DNA of 53,090 nt, from assembly GCA_045804885.1 (NCBI GenBank), contig JBJMMH010000086.1, positions 1-53,090 on the forward strand, read 5' to 3'. Positions within the stretch are counted from its first letter, which is position 1, and every line of letters begins with the position of its first letter. This DNA is from Chloroflexota bacterium. Its GTDB lineage: Bacteria; Chloroflexota; Limnocylindria; Limnocylindrales; CSP1-4. The notes below the pieces were generated by a model. It was not told the DNA's origin. It made no database searches and saw only the letters and a list, made by a program, of their open reading frames with translations. Made by a program: the position numbers and the translations under genes. Shown here piece after piece: positions 43,033 to 53,090 of this stretch.

Positions 43033-44268
43033 CCCCTGGCGATCCGGCCGCTCGCCATCGGGCAGCGGAGCGAGACCGTCCGCCGGGCGAACCTCAGCGC
43101 GATCGTCCGCGAGCTCCACGCGAACGGACCACGGTCGCGCTCGATGCTCGTCGCCCGGATCGGCCTGACGCGATCCGCGATCCGCTCGCTCCTCGGCGAG
43201 CTGCTTGGCGCGGACGTCGTCCGCGAGGAGCCCGCGGCACCCCGCGGCACCCCTGGCCGGCCGTCGCCGGTCGTCCGGATCAACCCGAACGCGATGGTCG
43301 TGCTCGCGGTCGAAGTCAACGTCGACTCGCTTGCGGCGGCGGTCGTCGGGCTCGGCGGCGAGGTCCTCGAGCTCGTCCGCGTCGATCGTCCCAAAGGCGG
43401 TGCGTCGGTCGACGAGACGCTTGGGGAGATCGTCGAGCTGGCCGGTCGCCTCCTGGCCGACCCGATCCGGCGCAGCTCGCTCGTCGGCGTCGGCGTTGCC
43501 GTCGCGGGCGTCGTCCGGCGGAGCGACGGCTTCGTCTCGATGGCGCCCAACCTCGGCTGGCGCGATGTTTCGTTCGGCGAGCGGCTGATCGCGGCGCTCC
43601 AGCTTGGCGTGCCGGTCACGATCGTCAACGAAGCCGACAGCGGCGCGCTCGCCGAACACCTCCGCGGTGCGGCCGTCGACCATGACCATGTGCTGTTCGT
43701 CGCCGGCGAGGTCGGCGTCGGGGGCGGGCTCATCGTCGATGGACGGCCGCTCTCCGGCGCCGCCGGATACGGCGGCGAGATCGGCCACATTCCCGTCAAC
43801 CCCGTGGGTCGGCGCTGCGGCTGCGGCGCGATCGGCTGCTGGGAGACCGAGGTCGGCGAGGGCGCAGTCCTCCAACGAGCCGGGCGTCGCGCCGACGGTG
43901 GACGCGCTGCGCTCGACGCGGTTCTCGACGACGCGGCCGCGGGCGTGCCTTCGGCTGTCGCCGCCCTCGTCGAGACCGGTCGCTGGTTGGGAGTCGGCCT
44001 CGCCGGGCTCGTCAATCTCCTGAACCCGGAGCTCGTCGTCCTCGGCGGTCGCTTCGGGCGGATCCATCCCTATGTCGCGGACAGCATCGAGGCGGAGCTG
44101 GATCGCCGTGCGCTTGCGGCCCCCCGAGCGCTCGTCCGGATCGTCCCCGCGCGGCTGGCGGCGGACGCGTCCCTGCTGGGTGCGGCGGAAGTCGCCTTCG
44201 AGGCGGTTCTCGCCGATCCGGCGGCGTGGCTACGTCGACCCCACCGCATCGAGCTGGCGAGCGCCTGA
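43012..44268 (+). CDS. xylR: ROK family transcriptional regulator, probable xylose repressor
   Basis: 418 aa. wHTH (RANLSAIVRELHANGPRSRSMLVARIGLTRSAIRSLLGEL) plus a ROK domain with CGCGAIGCWE. Adjacent to xylFHG/xylB/xylA. The only canonical in-frame start before the HTH is the TTG at 43012, which lies inside the putative operator, so the start is uncertain. Confidence 0.8.
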   Translation: MKERNTKPLAIRPLAIGQRSETVRRANLSAIVRELHANGPRSRSMLVARIGLTRSAIRSLLGELLGADVVREEPAAPRGTPGRPSPVVRINPNAMVVLAVEVNVDSLAAAVVGLGGEVLELVRVDRPKGGASVDETLGEIVELAGRLLADPIRRSSLVGVGVAVAGVVRRSDGFVSMAPNLGWRDVSFGERLIAALQLGVPVTIVNEADSGALAEHLRGAAVDHDHVLFVAGEVGVGGGLIVDGRPLSGAAGYGGEIGHIPVNPVGRRCGCGAIGCWETEVGEGAVLQRAGRRADGGRAALDAVLDDAAAGVPSAVAALVETGRWLGVGLAGLVNLLNPELVVLGGRFGRIHPYVADSIEAELDRRALAAPRALVRIVPARLAADASLLGAAEVAFEAVLADPAAWLRRPHRIELASA

Positions 44269-44394
44269 TCGCGCCGTGAACCGCCGTTGACTGTCCTGCT
44301 GATCGAGCGGACGCCGAGAAAGGGGTACGCCTAGGATGTAACCTGCTGCCGGGCAAGTGTTACTGAACCAGCCCTTGTGAGGAGGAGTCCAACA

Positions 44395-45549
44395 ATGCAC
44401 ATGCGAAGACTCGCGGCGGTCGTGGGGACCGCGGCGGTCGTGTTTGCCGCCTGCTCGAGCAGCGCCAGCCCCGCCGCCAGTGGCGGCGGAGCCGGGGCCG
44501 GCGGCGGAGCCGGCTGCACCGTGGCCGTGTCCTGGAACAACTTCCAGCAGCCGCGCTGGGCGGCGACCGACAAGCCGAACATCCAGAAGACGGTCGAGGC
44601 CGCCGGCGGCAAGTACATCGACAAGGACGCGAACCTCAGCACCGAGCAGCAGCTGACCGACGTCGACACGCTGATCTCGCAGGGCGCCAAGGTTCTGATC
44701 CTGCTCGCTCAGGACACCACCGTCGTCGGGCCGGCCCTCCAGAAGGCCAAGGACGCCGGCATCCCGGTCATCGCCTACGACCGGCTGATCGAGGATCCCA
44801 GCGTGCTCTACATCACGTTCGACAACGTCGGCGTGGGCAAGGCCGAGGCTGAGGCCGTCCTCGCCAAGGTCCCGAAGGGCAGCTACGTCCTGATCAAGGG
44901 CGATCCGGGCGATCCGAACGCGAAGACCTTCCTGCCCCAGGGCTGGGACGAGGCGGGCCTGAAGGACAAGATCGCTTCGGGCGACATCAAGATCATCGGC
45001 CCGGCTGATGGCACGTTCACGGACGCCTGGAAGACCGAGAAGGCCCAGGCGAACATGGAGGCCATCATCGACCAGGCCAACTCGAGCAACACCAAGATCG
45101 ACGCGATCCTCGCCGAGAACGACAGCACCGCGCTTGGCGTCGCCGCCGCGCTCGAGGGCAAGCAGTACGGCTTCCCGCCGCTCAGCGGCCAGGATGGCGA
45201 CCCAGCCAACCTGAACAACGTGGCCCTCGGCAAGCAGTACGTCGACGTCTGGAAGAACAGCAACGAGCTCGGTAAGGCGGCGGGTCAGGCAGCCCTCGCC
45301 CTGTGCAAGGATCCCGACTTCAGCAAGATCGCCGTCGACGTCGACCAGTCGGTCACCCCGGCGGCCGGCAAGGCTCCCGCGGACTTCACGACCCCCGGTG
45401 GGAAGACCGTGAAGTCGATCATCCTCAAGCCAACGCCGATCACGGCCGACAAGCTCGGTCAGGTGTTCGACGCCGGCTGGTACGCCACGAAGGATCAGAT
45501 CTGCAAGGGCGTCAAGGACACTGATCCTGGCGCAGCTCCATGCAAGTAA
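44395..45549 (+). CDS. xylF: D-xylose ABC transporter substrate-binding lipoprotein
   Basis: ATG at 44395 with GGAGGAG 7 nt upstream; the track's GTG at 44377 lies inside the SD. Lipobox VVFAAC-S. Periplasmic-binding-protein family 1 body ([13 protein letters not shown]..., IAYDRLI). Confidence 0.85.
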   Translation: MHMRRLAAVVGTAAVVFAACSSSASPAASGGGAGAGGGAGCTVAVSWNNFQQPRWAATDKPNIQKTVEAAGGKYIDKDANLSTEQQLTDVDTLISQGAKVLILLAQDTTVVGPALQKAKDAGIPVIAYDRLIEDPSVLYITFDNVGVGKAEAEAVLAKVPKGSYVLIKGDPGDPNAKTFLPQGWDEAGLKDKIASGDIKIIGPADGTFTDAWKTEKAQANMEAIIDQANSSNTKIDAILAENDSTALGVAAALEGKQYGFPPLSGQDGDPANLNNVALGKQYVDVWKNSNELGKAAGQAALALCKDPDFSKIAVDVDQSVTPAAGKAPADFTTPGGKTVKSIILKPTPITADKLGQVFDAGWYATKDQICKGVKDTDPGAAPCK

Positions 45550-45579
45550 CGGTCTCCGACCGCTAAGAGCACGCACAAC

Positions 45580-45614
45580 GCCTGCGCCCCGGGGTTCCGC
45601 CCCGGGGCGCAGGC
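45580..45614 (+). promoter_or_regulatory. Strong intercistronic stem-loop after xylF
   Basis: Perfect 15-bp stem gcctgcgccccgggg / ccccggggcgcaggc with loop ttccg, then cactttcc. Lies between the xylF stop (45549) and the xylH start (45648). Confidence 0.7.
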
Positions 45615-45647
45615 CACTTTCCAGAGCAAGGACCAGGAGGGTCGGCG

Positions 45648-46909
45648 GTGACGAACGTGGCCGGCACGACACCGGTACCCGGTCAGACTCAGCGTCCGCC
45701 CCGATCGTCGATCGGCAGCGTCCTCGCCCAGACGGAGATCGATCTTCGTCTCTTCGGCATGCTGCTCGCCCTGATCGTGATCCTCGTCACGTTCCATATC
45801 CTGAGCGGCGGCAAGCTCATCGCGCCGACCAACATGGTCACGATGGCGATCCAGGCCACCGGCATCGCGATCATCGCGACCGGCATGGTGCTGGTCATCG
45901 TGTCGCGCAACATCGACCTGTCGGTCGGGTCCCTGGCGGGTCTGATCGCGATGATCTACGCGCTGCTGATGACCGACTGGCTGACCGCGATCGGGATCGG
46001 CGCGGACTTCCCGTTCCGGTGGGTCCTCGCCCTGGCGATCGGGATCGGCCTCGGCGCGCTCGTCGGCGGCCTCCAGGGATTCATCATCGCCTACATCGGC
46101 GTGCCGTCGTTCGTCGTGACCCTCGGCGGTCTCCTCTCGATCCGCGGCGTCATCTACTACCTGTCGAACGGCGCCGCCGTGTCCGGCCTCGACCCCGGCT
46201 TCCAGAAGATCGGCGGCGGCGGCGAAGGCTCGATCGGCGGACCGCTGACGTGGGCCCTCGGCATCATCGGCTGCGTCGCGATCGTCGGCCTGCTCATCAA
46301 CAACCGGCGTCAGCGGCGGAGCTACGGATTCCCGCTGCGGCCCATGTGGGCGGAGGTCCTGCTGGCGGTCGTCGGCTGCCTGATCGTGCTGGGTCTGGCC
46401 CTGTTCGCCAACAACAACTTCCTGGCCCGGAGCCAGACCGCCGCAGGCTTCCCGTTCCCGATCGTGCTGCTGGTCGGCGTCACGCTCGTGATGTCGTTCA
46501 TCGCCAATCGGCGTCGCTTCGGGCGGTATGTCTACGCCTACGGCGGCAACCCCGACGCGGCCGAACTGGCGGGCATCAACACGCGCTGGACGATCCTGAA
46601 GACCTACGTCGTGATGGGCGTGCTCTGCGCGATCGCCGGCGCCGTCGCCTCCGCCCGGCTCAACGGCTCGACCCTCGACGTCGGGCAGAGCTACGAGCTC
46701 TACGTCATCGCGGCGGCCGTCGTCGGCGGGACGTCGTTCGCCGGCGGCATCGGGACGATTCCGGGTGCCGTCCTCGGCGCGTTCGTGATGCAGGCGCTCG
46801 CCTACGGCCTCAGCTTCCTCAACGTCACATCGCCGGGGCAGAACATCGCGGTCGGCATCGTCCTGATCGTCGCCGTCGGTCTCGATACCTACAACCGGAG
46901 GCGCGGCTC

Positions 46910-46913
<4 letters not shown>
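45648..46913 (+). CDS. xylH: Xylose/monosaccharide (CUT2-type) ABC transporter permease
   Basis: 421 aa. GTG start with AGGAGGG 6 nt upstream. About 10-12 TM segments, typical of XylH/RbsC-type permeases. Confidence 0.88.
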
Positions 46914-47731
<818 letters not shown>

Positions 47732-47750
47732 CGGCCCCTCGCCCGGCGGA

Positions 47751-49256
47751 TCAGCCGCCGAGCCGAGAGCCGCCGAGCGCGGCGAACGTCGGGGCTAGCG
47801 CGGGGTAGAGCCTGCGATACTCCGCATGGAGCTCCGCATACCGGCCTGCGCCCGGTCCGGGAGCCGCGACGGGCGTCGTCTCGACCCACTCCGTGGCGAT
47901 CGCGTCGACGTCGGCCGACCAGCCGGCGCCGACGCCGGCGAGCATCCCGGCGCCGTAGGCGGCGCCCTCAGTGGTCCGGACGGTCGCGATCTCGGCGCCG
48001 AGGACGTCGGCGAGGATCTGGCGCCACAGCGGGCTGGCTGTGCCGCCGCCCGACGCGCGGATCTCGGCGGGTGCTGCTACGCCGGCAGCGAGCATCAGGT
48101 CGAGCCCGTCCTTCAGCCCGAACGCGACACCCTCGATCACCGCTCGGGTCAGGTGCCGGCGCTCGTGGCCGACGGTCAGCCCCACGAAGGCCCCGCGAGC
48201 CAGCGGGTCGGGGTGGGGGCTCCGCTCGCCCGTGAGGTACGGCAGGAACAGCAGCCCGTCCGCGCCCGGCCCGACCGATGCGGCCTCGTCGACGAGCGCC
48301 CCGAAATCGACGCCCGGCGCCAACGCGTCGCGGAACCACCGGAGGCTGCCGGCCGCCGAGAGCATCACCGACATCATGTGCCACCGACCGGGGACGGCAT
48401 GGCAGAAGGCGTGGACGCGGCCAGCCGGCTCGATCAGCGGCTGTCGCGTCGTCGCGAACGTCACGCCCGACGTCCCGAGCGACAGCGTGACGACGCCTTC
48501 ATCGACCGCGCCGGTCCCAACGGCATTGGCCGCCTGGTCGCCGCCTCCGGCGATTACTGGCGTTCCCTCGCGGAGCCCAGTCGCCGCTGCGGCGACGGAG
48601 GTGACACTCCCCGTCACGACCGGGCCCTCGTGGGTCGGCGGCAGCCAAGCCGGATTGATGCCGAGCGCGGCGAGGACGGCGCCCGACCAGTCGCGGGCAG
48701 CGAGGTCGAAGAGGATCGTGCCGGCGCCATCGGCCTTGTCCATCGCGTAGTCACCGGTGAGCCGCAGCCGGACGTAGTCCTTGGGCAGCAGCACGTGGGC
48801 GGCGCGTGACCAGATCTCGGGCTCGTGGTCGCGGACCCACACGAGCTTGGGGGCAGTGAAGCCGGTCAGCGCGTCGTTGCCGGTGATCGAGATGAGCCGT
48901 TCCGCGCCGACGGCGTCGCGGATCTCGTCGCATGCGTCGGCGGTCCGCTGGTCATTCCATAGGATGGCCGGCCGGAGGACTTCGTCGCGGTCGTCGAGCA
49001 GGACGAGGCCGTGCATCTGGCCGGTCAGCCCAACCGCCACGACGTCCGTGCCACGGACCGCGGTCGACGCCAATACTGATCGGACCGCCGCGACGGCGCC
49101 GTCCCACCACAGGAGGGGGGACTGCTCGGCCCAGCCGGGGTGGGGTACTTCGAAGCCGTACTCGGACGCGCCGACTCCGACGACAGCTCCCGACTCGTCG
49201 ATCAGGACGGCCTTCGTCGCCGTCGTCGAGGCGTCGATGCCGAGGACGAACGACAT
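47751..49256 (-). CDS. xylB: Xylulokinase (FGGY family)
   Basis: 501 aa. N-terminus [27 protein letters not shown] kinase layout, directly downstream of xylA. Confidence 0.92.
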   Translation of the reverse strand: MSFVLGIDASTTATKAVLIDESGAVVGVGASEYGFEVPHPGWAEQSPLLWWDGAVAAVRSVLASTAVRGTDVVAVGLTGQMHGLVLLDDRDEVLRPAILWNDQRTADACDEIRDAVGAERLISITGNDALTGFTAPKLVWVRDHEPEIWSRAAHVLLPKDYVRLRLTGDYAMDKADGAGTILFDLAARDWSGAVLAALGINPAWLPPTHEGPVVTGSVTSVAAAATGLREGTPVIAGGGDQAANAVGTGAVDEGVVTLSLGTSGVTFATTRQPLIEPAGRVHAFCHAVPGRWHMMSVMLSAAGSLRWFRDALAPGVDFGALVDEAASVGPGADGLLFLPYLTGERSPHPDPLARGAFVGLTVGHERRHLTRAVIEGVAFGLKDGLDLMLAAGVAAPAEIRASGGGTASPLWRQILADVLGAEIATVRTTEGAAYGAGMLAGVGAGWSADVDAIATEWVETTPVAAPGPGAGRYAELHAEYRRLYPALAPTFAALGGSRLGG

Positions 49257-49282
49257 GGCCGGAGCGCGACCGGAGCCGGCGG

Positions 49283-50650
49283 TCAGCGCCGCGCGCCGGT
49301 CTCGACTCGGCGGGGCTCGGTGGCCGTCCAGAGGACCTCGTTGACGCGGTTCTCGAGCTCCTCCTGGCGGCCGGAGACCGGCGACGGGTCGATCTCGCCC
49401 GCGACGACCTTCGCCTCGAGCGACGCGAGCGACTCCGTGCCATCGAGGATTGCCCGGCCCAGCGGCCCGCGCCAGCCCGCATAGCGCTCCTCGAGCGGCT
49501 CCGACAGCGTGCCGCGCTCGACCAGCTCAGCCGCGACGAGGAGGGCCCGGGCGAGCGTGTCGATCCCGCCGATGTGGGCGTGGAACAGGTCTGTTCGGTT
49601 CGTGCTCTGGCGGCGGAGCTTGGCATCGAAGTTGAAGCCACCGGTCGTGAAGCCGCCGCCGTTCAGGATCTCGTAGATCGGCAGCGCCAGATCCTCGACC
49701 GAATTCGGGAACTGGTCCGTGTCCCAGCCGTTCTGGGGATCGCCGCGGTTGGCGTCGATGCTGCCGAGGATGCCGTGGGCGACGGCGTAGGCGACCTCGT
49801 GATGGAACGAGTGGCCGGCGAGCGTGGCGTGGTTGGCCTCGATGTTCAGGCGGTACTCGTCTTCGAGCCCGTTCCGGACGAGGAAGCCGTGGATCGTCGC
49901 CGAGTCGTAGTCGTACTGGTGCTTGGTCGGCTCCATCGGCTTTGGCTCGATCAGCAACATGCCGTCGAAACCGATGCGGTGCTTGTGCTCGGCGACGAGG
50001 TGCAGGAACCGCGCCAGCTGGTCCCCTTCCCGCTTGAGGTCCGTGTTCAGCAGCGTGTCGTAGCCCTCGCGCCCGCCCCACAGCACGTAGTTCGTGCCGC
50101 CGAGGCGCTTCGTGACCTCGAGCATGTGCTTCACCTGCGCGGCGGCGTAGGCGAAGACCTCCGGATCCGGATTTGTTGCCGCGCCGCCCTGGTAGCGGGG
50201 ATGGCTGAAGAGATTGGCCGTGCCCCAGAGGAGCTGGGCGCCGGTGCGCTCCTGGTAGCCGAGCGCGTCGTCGGCGAGGGCGTCGAGGTTGTCGCGGAAC
50301 TCGGCGAACGAGGCGCCTTCGGGGGCCACGTCGCGGTCGTGGAAGCAGTAGTACGGCGCCCCGAGCTTCTCGATGAACTCGAAGGCGACGGCCATCTTCT
50401 GGCGGGCGGCCTCCATCGGCTCCGCGATCGGGTCGAGCCACGGCCGGTCGAGCGTGCCGATCCCGAACATGTCGCGGCCGTCCCAGGCGAACGAATGCCA
50501 GACGCAGACGCCGATCCGGAGGTGGTCCTCCATGCGCCGCCCGAGGACGATCCGGTCCGGCTCGTAGACCTTGAACGCGAGCGGATCGGTCGAGTCGAGG
50601 CCGCCGAACGGGATCGGGCCCGTCACCTCGGAGAAGAAGTCTTCGCCCAC
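49283..50650 (-). CDS. xylA: Xylose isomerase, class II (long form)
   Basis: GTG at 50650 with GGAGGA 5 nt upstream gives 455 aa. Motifs [34 protein letters not shown] and LWGGREGY. The track ORF from 50809 has an Arg-rich artefactual N-terminus. Confidence 0.92.
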   Translation of the reverse strand: MGEDFFSEVTGPIPFGGLDSTDPLAFKVYEPDRIVLGRRMEDHLRIGVCVWHSFAWDGRDMFGIGTLDRPWLDPIAEPMEAARQKMAVAFEFIEKLGAPYYCFHDRDVAPEGASFAEFRDNLDALADDALGYQERTGAQLLWGTANLFSHPRYQGGAATNPDPEVFAYAAAQVKHMLEVTKRLGGTNYVLWGGREGYDTLLNTDLKREGDQLARFLHLVAEHKHRIGFDGMLLIEPKPMEPTKHQYDYDSATIHGFLVRNGLEDEYRLNIEANHATLAGHSFHHEVAYAVAHGILGSIDANRGDPQNGWDTDQFPNSVEDLALPIYEILNGGGFTTGGFNFDAKLRRQSTNRTDLFHAHIGGIDTLARALLVAAELVERGTLSEPLEERYAGWRGPLGRAILDGTESLASLEAKVVAGEIDPSPVSGRQEELENRVNEVLWTATEPRRVETGARR

Positions 50651-50681
50651 GTCCGTCCTCCAGCCGCGCTCACGCTCTGCA

Positions 50682-50704
50682 TTTTGTATGAGAGTAGCCC
50701 AAAA
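50682..50704. promoter_or_regulatory. 23-bp inverted repeat TTTTG-N13-CAAAA, candidate XylR operator, copy B
   Basis: ttttgtatgagagtagcccaaaa, ending 31 nt upstream of the xylA start codon, in an AT-rich patch. It shares TTTTG.A.GAGAG.A.C.CAAAACC with copy A. Confidence 0.5.
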
Positions 50705-50869
50705 CCGCTCGTCGAACCAGCGCTCGGGCCGGGGCCGATCGGCAGGGACCGGACGCTCCCGGCGGTCCCGTCGGCCCCTGGGCGGCGGGGTCGGGCGGCA
50801 CTGTCGCAACCGGGCCCGGTCGCGGGATCGTGAGCCGAGGCGGCTGCCTCATCGCGGAGGACGGTTCCC

Positions 50870-51124
50870 ATGATCGAGACGTTGCTCCCGGTGCCGGTCG
50901 CGATGCGCGTCATCGACGGCCGCGGCATGTACGACCCGAGTCCGCTCGAGGAGCTCGTCCGTGCGGCTCGGACCGGCTGGCTGGGCGAAACCATCGCGGT
51001 ACGCGTGAGCGAGCCGGAGACGGTCGAGGCGGTCCTCGCCTGGGTCAACGCGGCCGGTCACGGGCTTATCGGGTTATACGCCCAGCACGGCTACGAGGAG
51101 GTCATCGTCGAGATCCGCCACTGA
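50870..51124 (+). CDS. TusA/SirA-fold small protein lacking the catalytic Cys
   Basis: 84 aa. SD GGAGGA. IDGRGMYDPSPLEELVRAA aligns by eye to the TusA D-x-R-G-x-x-CP-x-P motif with Cys replaced by Asp. The remainder matches the TusA two-layer layout (AVRVSEPETVEAVLAWVNAAGHGLI). Confidence 0.55.
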   Translation: MIETLLPVPVAMRVIDGRGMYDPSPLEELVRAARTGWLGETIAVRVSEPETVEAVLAWVNAAGHGLIGLYAQHGYEEVIVEIRH

Positions 51125-51141
51125 GCGGGACTCGGGATGAT

Positions 51142-51175
51142 GAAGGGCCGCGCTCCGGGCGGGGCGCGGCCCTTC
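51142..51175. terminator. Hairpin terminator between convergent genes
   Basis: Perfect 12-bp stem gaagggccgcgc / gcgcggcccttc with a 10-nt loop. Lies between stops at 51124 (+) and 51241 (-). Its right arm is the first unit of the 16-mer tandem repeat. Confidence 0.55.
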
Positions 51176-51213
51176 GAGCTCGCCGCCCTTCGAGCTCGCC
51201 GCCCTTCGAGCTG
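51166..51213. repeat. Tandem repeat, 3 copies of the 16-mer gccgcccttcgagctc
   Basis: Read directly: gcggcccttcgagctc, gccgcccttcgagctc, gccgcccttcgagctg. Intergenic. Confidence 0.95.
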
Positions 51214-51240
51214 GCGGGCCCCAGGTCCGGTTGAAGCGGA

Positions 51241-51825
51241 TTACGCCGCCTCGTCGGATCCTCGTCCGGTGGAGCCGCGAAGCAGTCCGGCGATGAAGAG
51301 GACGCCGCCCAGCGCGATCAGCGCGATCGGCCAGTTGTCGCCCAGGTCGAACGGCGTCCTGTTCGTCCGGAAGATCGTCTCGAAGAACCACGCGCCGACG
51401 AGCAGCAGGACGCCGAACCCCGCGACCATCCTCGTGCCGACGGTCACGAGATCCGATCGATGGAACCGCAGTCCGTGGACCGCGAGCGCGACGCCCACGG
51501 AACCGGGGATCAGCGCCCACGCATACGCCCAGCTTTCGTAGTGGGCAGTCTGGTCCTGGTACAGCAGCATCGCGCCGACCGTGGTCAGGACCGCTCCCGC
51601 GATGGTCGCGGTGAGCGCGGTGCCGTCGACCAGGAACGCCGCGGCGATGAGCAGCGCCACGCCCGGCACGATGACGAACAGGCTCCAGCCGCTGCCGCCC
51701 AGCCACGAGGCGACATCCACCGACGCCATCTGGATGAAATAGGCCAGGACGCCGATGACGACGATCGCGGATCCGATCGCCGCGATGGAGCCGCCCCGGT
51801 CGCCGCGTGTCGACTGTGCTTGCAT
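51241..51825 (-). CDS. Integral membrane protein (hypothetical, about 6 TM)
   Basis: ATG at 51825 with GGAGGA 6 nt upstream gives 194 aa. It is hydrophobic throughout. The track ORF from 52005 overshoots. Confidence 0.7.
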   Translation of the reverse strand: MQAQSTRGDRGGSIAAIGSAIVVIGVLAYFIQMASVDVASWLGGSGWSLFVIVPGVALLIAAAFLVDGTALTATIAGAVLTTVGAMLLYQDQTAHYESWAYAWALIPGSVGVALAVHGLRFHRSDLVTVGTRMVAGFGVLLLVGAWFFETIFRTNRTPFDLGDNWPIALIALGGVLFIAGLLRGSTGRGSDEAA

Positions 51826-51836
51826 CTGAGTTCCTC

Positions 51837-52244
51837 CTACGAGCCTGCGAGCTCGGCTGACGGCCAGTGCGCCACGAGCAGGGCGGCGAGGATCACGACG
51901 TCCGCGATCAACGCGAAGATCGCGCTCGACGACGCAATGCCCCCCCAGAAGACGGCAATCCCGACGATCGAGAGACCGGCTGCCGCGATCGTCACGGTCC
52001 GCCACCAGTCGGTGCCGCCGAGGAAGCCGGCGACGCCGACGACGAACAGTGCGATCACCGCAGACCAGAGGACGGTCGCGATGACGCGGGTCGTGGGCTC
52101 ACCGATCGCTCCGGTGAGGATCCAGGACTCGCCGGTCTGCTCCGCCCAGTTGCCGAGACCGATGACCGGGGCCAGAAACAGCAGGTGGCCGACGCCGTGG
52201 GCAAAGACCACGAGCGCAAACCCGAGCCGGACGATGTCAGGCAT
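51837..52244 (-). CDS. Small integral membrane protein (hypothetical, 4 TM)
   Basis: ATG at 52244 with AAGGAGG 5 nt upstream gives 135 aa (MPDIVRLGFALVVFAHGVGHLLFLAPV...). Its stop is 11 nt before the next gene's start. The track ORF from 52715 overshoots. Confidence 0.7.
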   Translation of the reverse strand: MPDIVRLGFALVVFAHGVGHLLFLAPVIGLGNWAEQTGESWILTGAIGEPTTRVIATVLWSAVIALFVVGVAGFLGGTDWWRTVTIAAAGLSIVGIAVFWGGIASSSAIFALIADVVILAALLVAHWPSAELAGS

Positions 52245-52431
52245 CGTCGCCTCCTTGTCACGTACGAACAGAACGCCGATTGAATCCTCGGTCGACGGTC
52301 CCGCCCGCCCCAGAGCCGAACGTCCCGGATTCGGCACCGCCGCCACCGTCCGGTTGGCTTGTGTCGGACGGCCCCTGATCGCCCGACCAACGGCCCTGCC
52401 CGGCGTTTCTGGACGTCCGTAGCCTCGAGTC

Positions 52432-52911
52432 ATGGAAGCCACGGGGCTGGTCGACGTGCTGCGCGCATCCCCGTTCACCGTCGGTCTGGGCGGGAGCGAG
52501 CGGAGGCGCCTCGCCTCGTTCGCCAGGGAGGTGGCCGCCGCCACGGACGAGGTCCTGATCCGCGAGGGCGAGCCGACGCCCTTCCTCGGGATCGTGACCT
52601 CCGGGCGGGTCGCGCTCCGGATGCGGCTGCCCGGTCGGCTCCCGATCACGGTCATGACAGTCGAGCCGGGCGACATCATCGGCTGGTCCGCCGTCCTCGC
52701 GCCGTACCGCGCCACCTCGACGGTGGTCGCGGTCGAACCGACGGAGCTGATCGCACTCGACGGCGCACCGCTGCGACTGGCGCTCGAGTCCGACGAGGAC
52801 CTTGCCGCCGCCCTCTATCCCCGCATCCTGCGCAGCGTCGCCCGGCGCCTCGAAGGCACCCGCCTCCAGCTGCTCGACCTGTTCGGGCAGACGGAGGAGC
52901 GGGCGTGGTGA
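52432..52911 (+). CDS. Stand-alone cyclic-nucleotide-binding (CAP effector) domain protein
   Basis: 159 aa. cNMP-binding beta-roll pattern (VLIREGEPTPFLGIVTSGRVAL ... GDIIGWSAVL ... ATSTVVA). No DNA-binding domain. Confidence 0.8.
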   Translation: MEATGLVDVLRASPFTVGLGGSERRRLASFAREVAAATDEVLIREGEPTPFLGIVTSGRVALRMRLPGRLPITVMTVEPGDIIGWSAVLAPYRATSTVVAVEPTELIALDGAPLRLALESDEDLAAALYPRILRSVARRLEGTRLQLLDLFGQTEERAW

Positions 52912-53090
52912 CGACGCTTCGGCCCGACGGCGCCTCCGGGACCGGCTTCCTGGCGAGGACGGACCTGGGCGCGCTCATCGAGGCGCTCCACGACGAGGGC
53001 CGCGCGGTCATCGCCCCCACCGTGCAGGACGGGGCGATCGTCTACGACGAGATCTCGTCGGCGGCCGACCTGCCGATCGGCTGGCGTGAC
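52908..53090 (+). CDS. N-terminal fragment (runs off window) of a putative Fe-S oxidoreductase subunit (AsrA/sulfhydrogenase-beta-like)
   Basis: GTG at 52908 within a GTGA overlap with the cNMP gene. Translation is VTTLRPDGASGTGFLARTDLGALIEALHDEGRAVIAPTVQDGAIVYDEISSAADLPIGWRD, with high GC3. The family assignment is from memory of similar N-termini and is tentative. Confidence 0.4.
   Translation, partial: MTTLRPDGASGTGFLARTDLGALIEALHDEGRAVIAPTVQDGAIVYDEISSAADLPIGWRD

Noticed and set aside
44338-44363. Inverted repeat GTAAC-N16-GTTAC upstream of xylF as a third XylR site
   Set aside because: The arms are only 5 bp, and both sequence and spacing differ from the two TTTTG-N13-CAAAA sites. It is indistinguishable from chance.

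Overview
This is a very GC-rich chromosomal segment: third codon positions are almost all G/C, though I did not compute GC. It reads like a monoderm/Terrabacteria genome, Actinomycetota- or Chloroflexota-like, judging by lipoprotein-type solute-binding proteins, ROK and GntR sugar regulons, an ECF sigma factor and a class A PBP. I support about 52 protein-coding genes and one probable gene remnant. By eye there is no rRNA, tRNA, CRISPR array, transposase, integrase or phage gene. Layout: (1) 1-4134, envelope genes: Mo-oxidoreductase N-terminus, COG1119-like ABC ATPase, class A PBP. (2) 4361-11957, amino-sugar/beta-glycoside locus: GH4 hydrolase, GntR/HutC regulator, ABC binding protein plus two permeases, cytoplasmic CE4 deacetylase, BadF-type kinase. 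(3) 12410-14145, ECF sigma module. (4) 14469-22774, GlcNAc locus: ROK regulator, ROK kinase, binding protein plus two permeases, GH3 NagZ, SIS-type deaminase. (5) 22839-31606, mixed accessory genes, including a Tet(M)/OtrA-type ribosomal protection GTPase, several small proteins, an aldo/keto reductase, a DinB-like protein and a class III cyclase. (6) VOC remnant, msrA, orphan GAF histidine kinase. (7) MoxR-DUF58-VWA operon. (8) Alpha/beta hydrolase, then a Gfo/Idh/MocA-CRTAC-M24 peptidase operon. (9) Complete xylose regulon: ROK-type xylR, xylF/H/G, xylB, class II xylA. (10) TusA-like protein, two membrane proteins, a cNMP-binding protein and the start of an Fe-S oxidoreductase. Many longest ORFs in the supplied track overshoot the true start. 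ATGA/GTGA/TGATG stop-start overlaps at twelve junctions pinpoint the real starts. Long R/D/G/P-rich ORFs antisense to real genes are GC artefacts. I do not see a clear-cut novel multi-gene system, and there is no defence-island signature. The most system-like candidates are: the PTS-independent GH4/CE4/kinase/ABC locus; a shared 23-bp ROK-type operator architecture; a leader uORF in front of the ribosomal protection gene; and the translationally coupled CRTAC-M24 pair.
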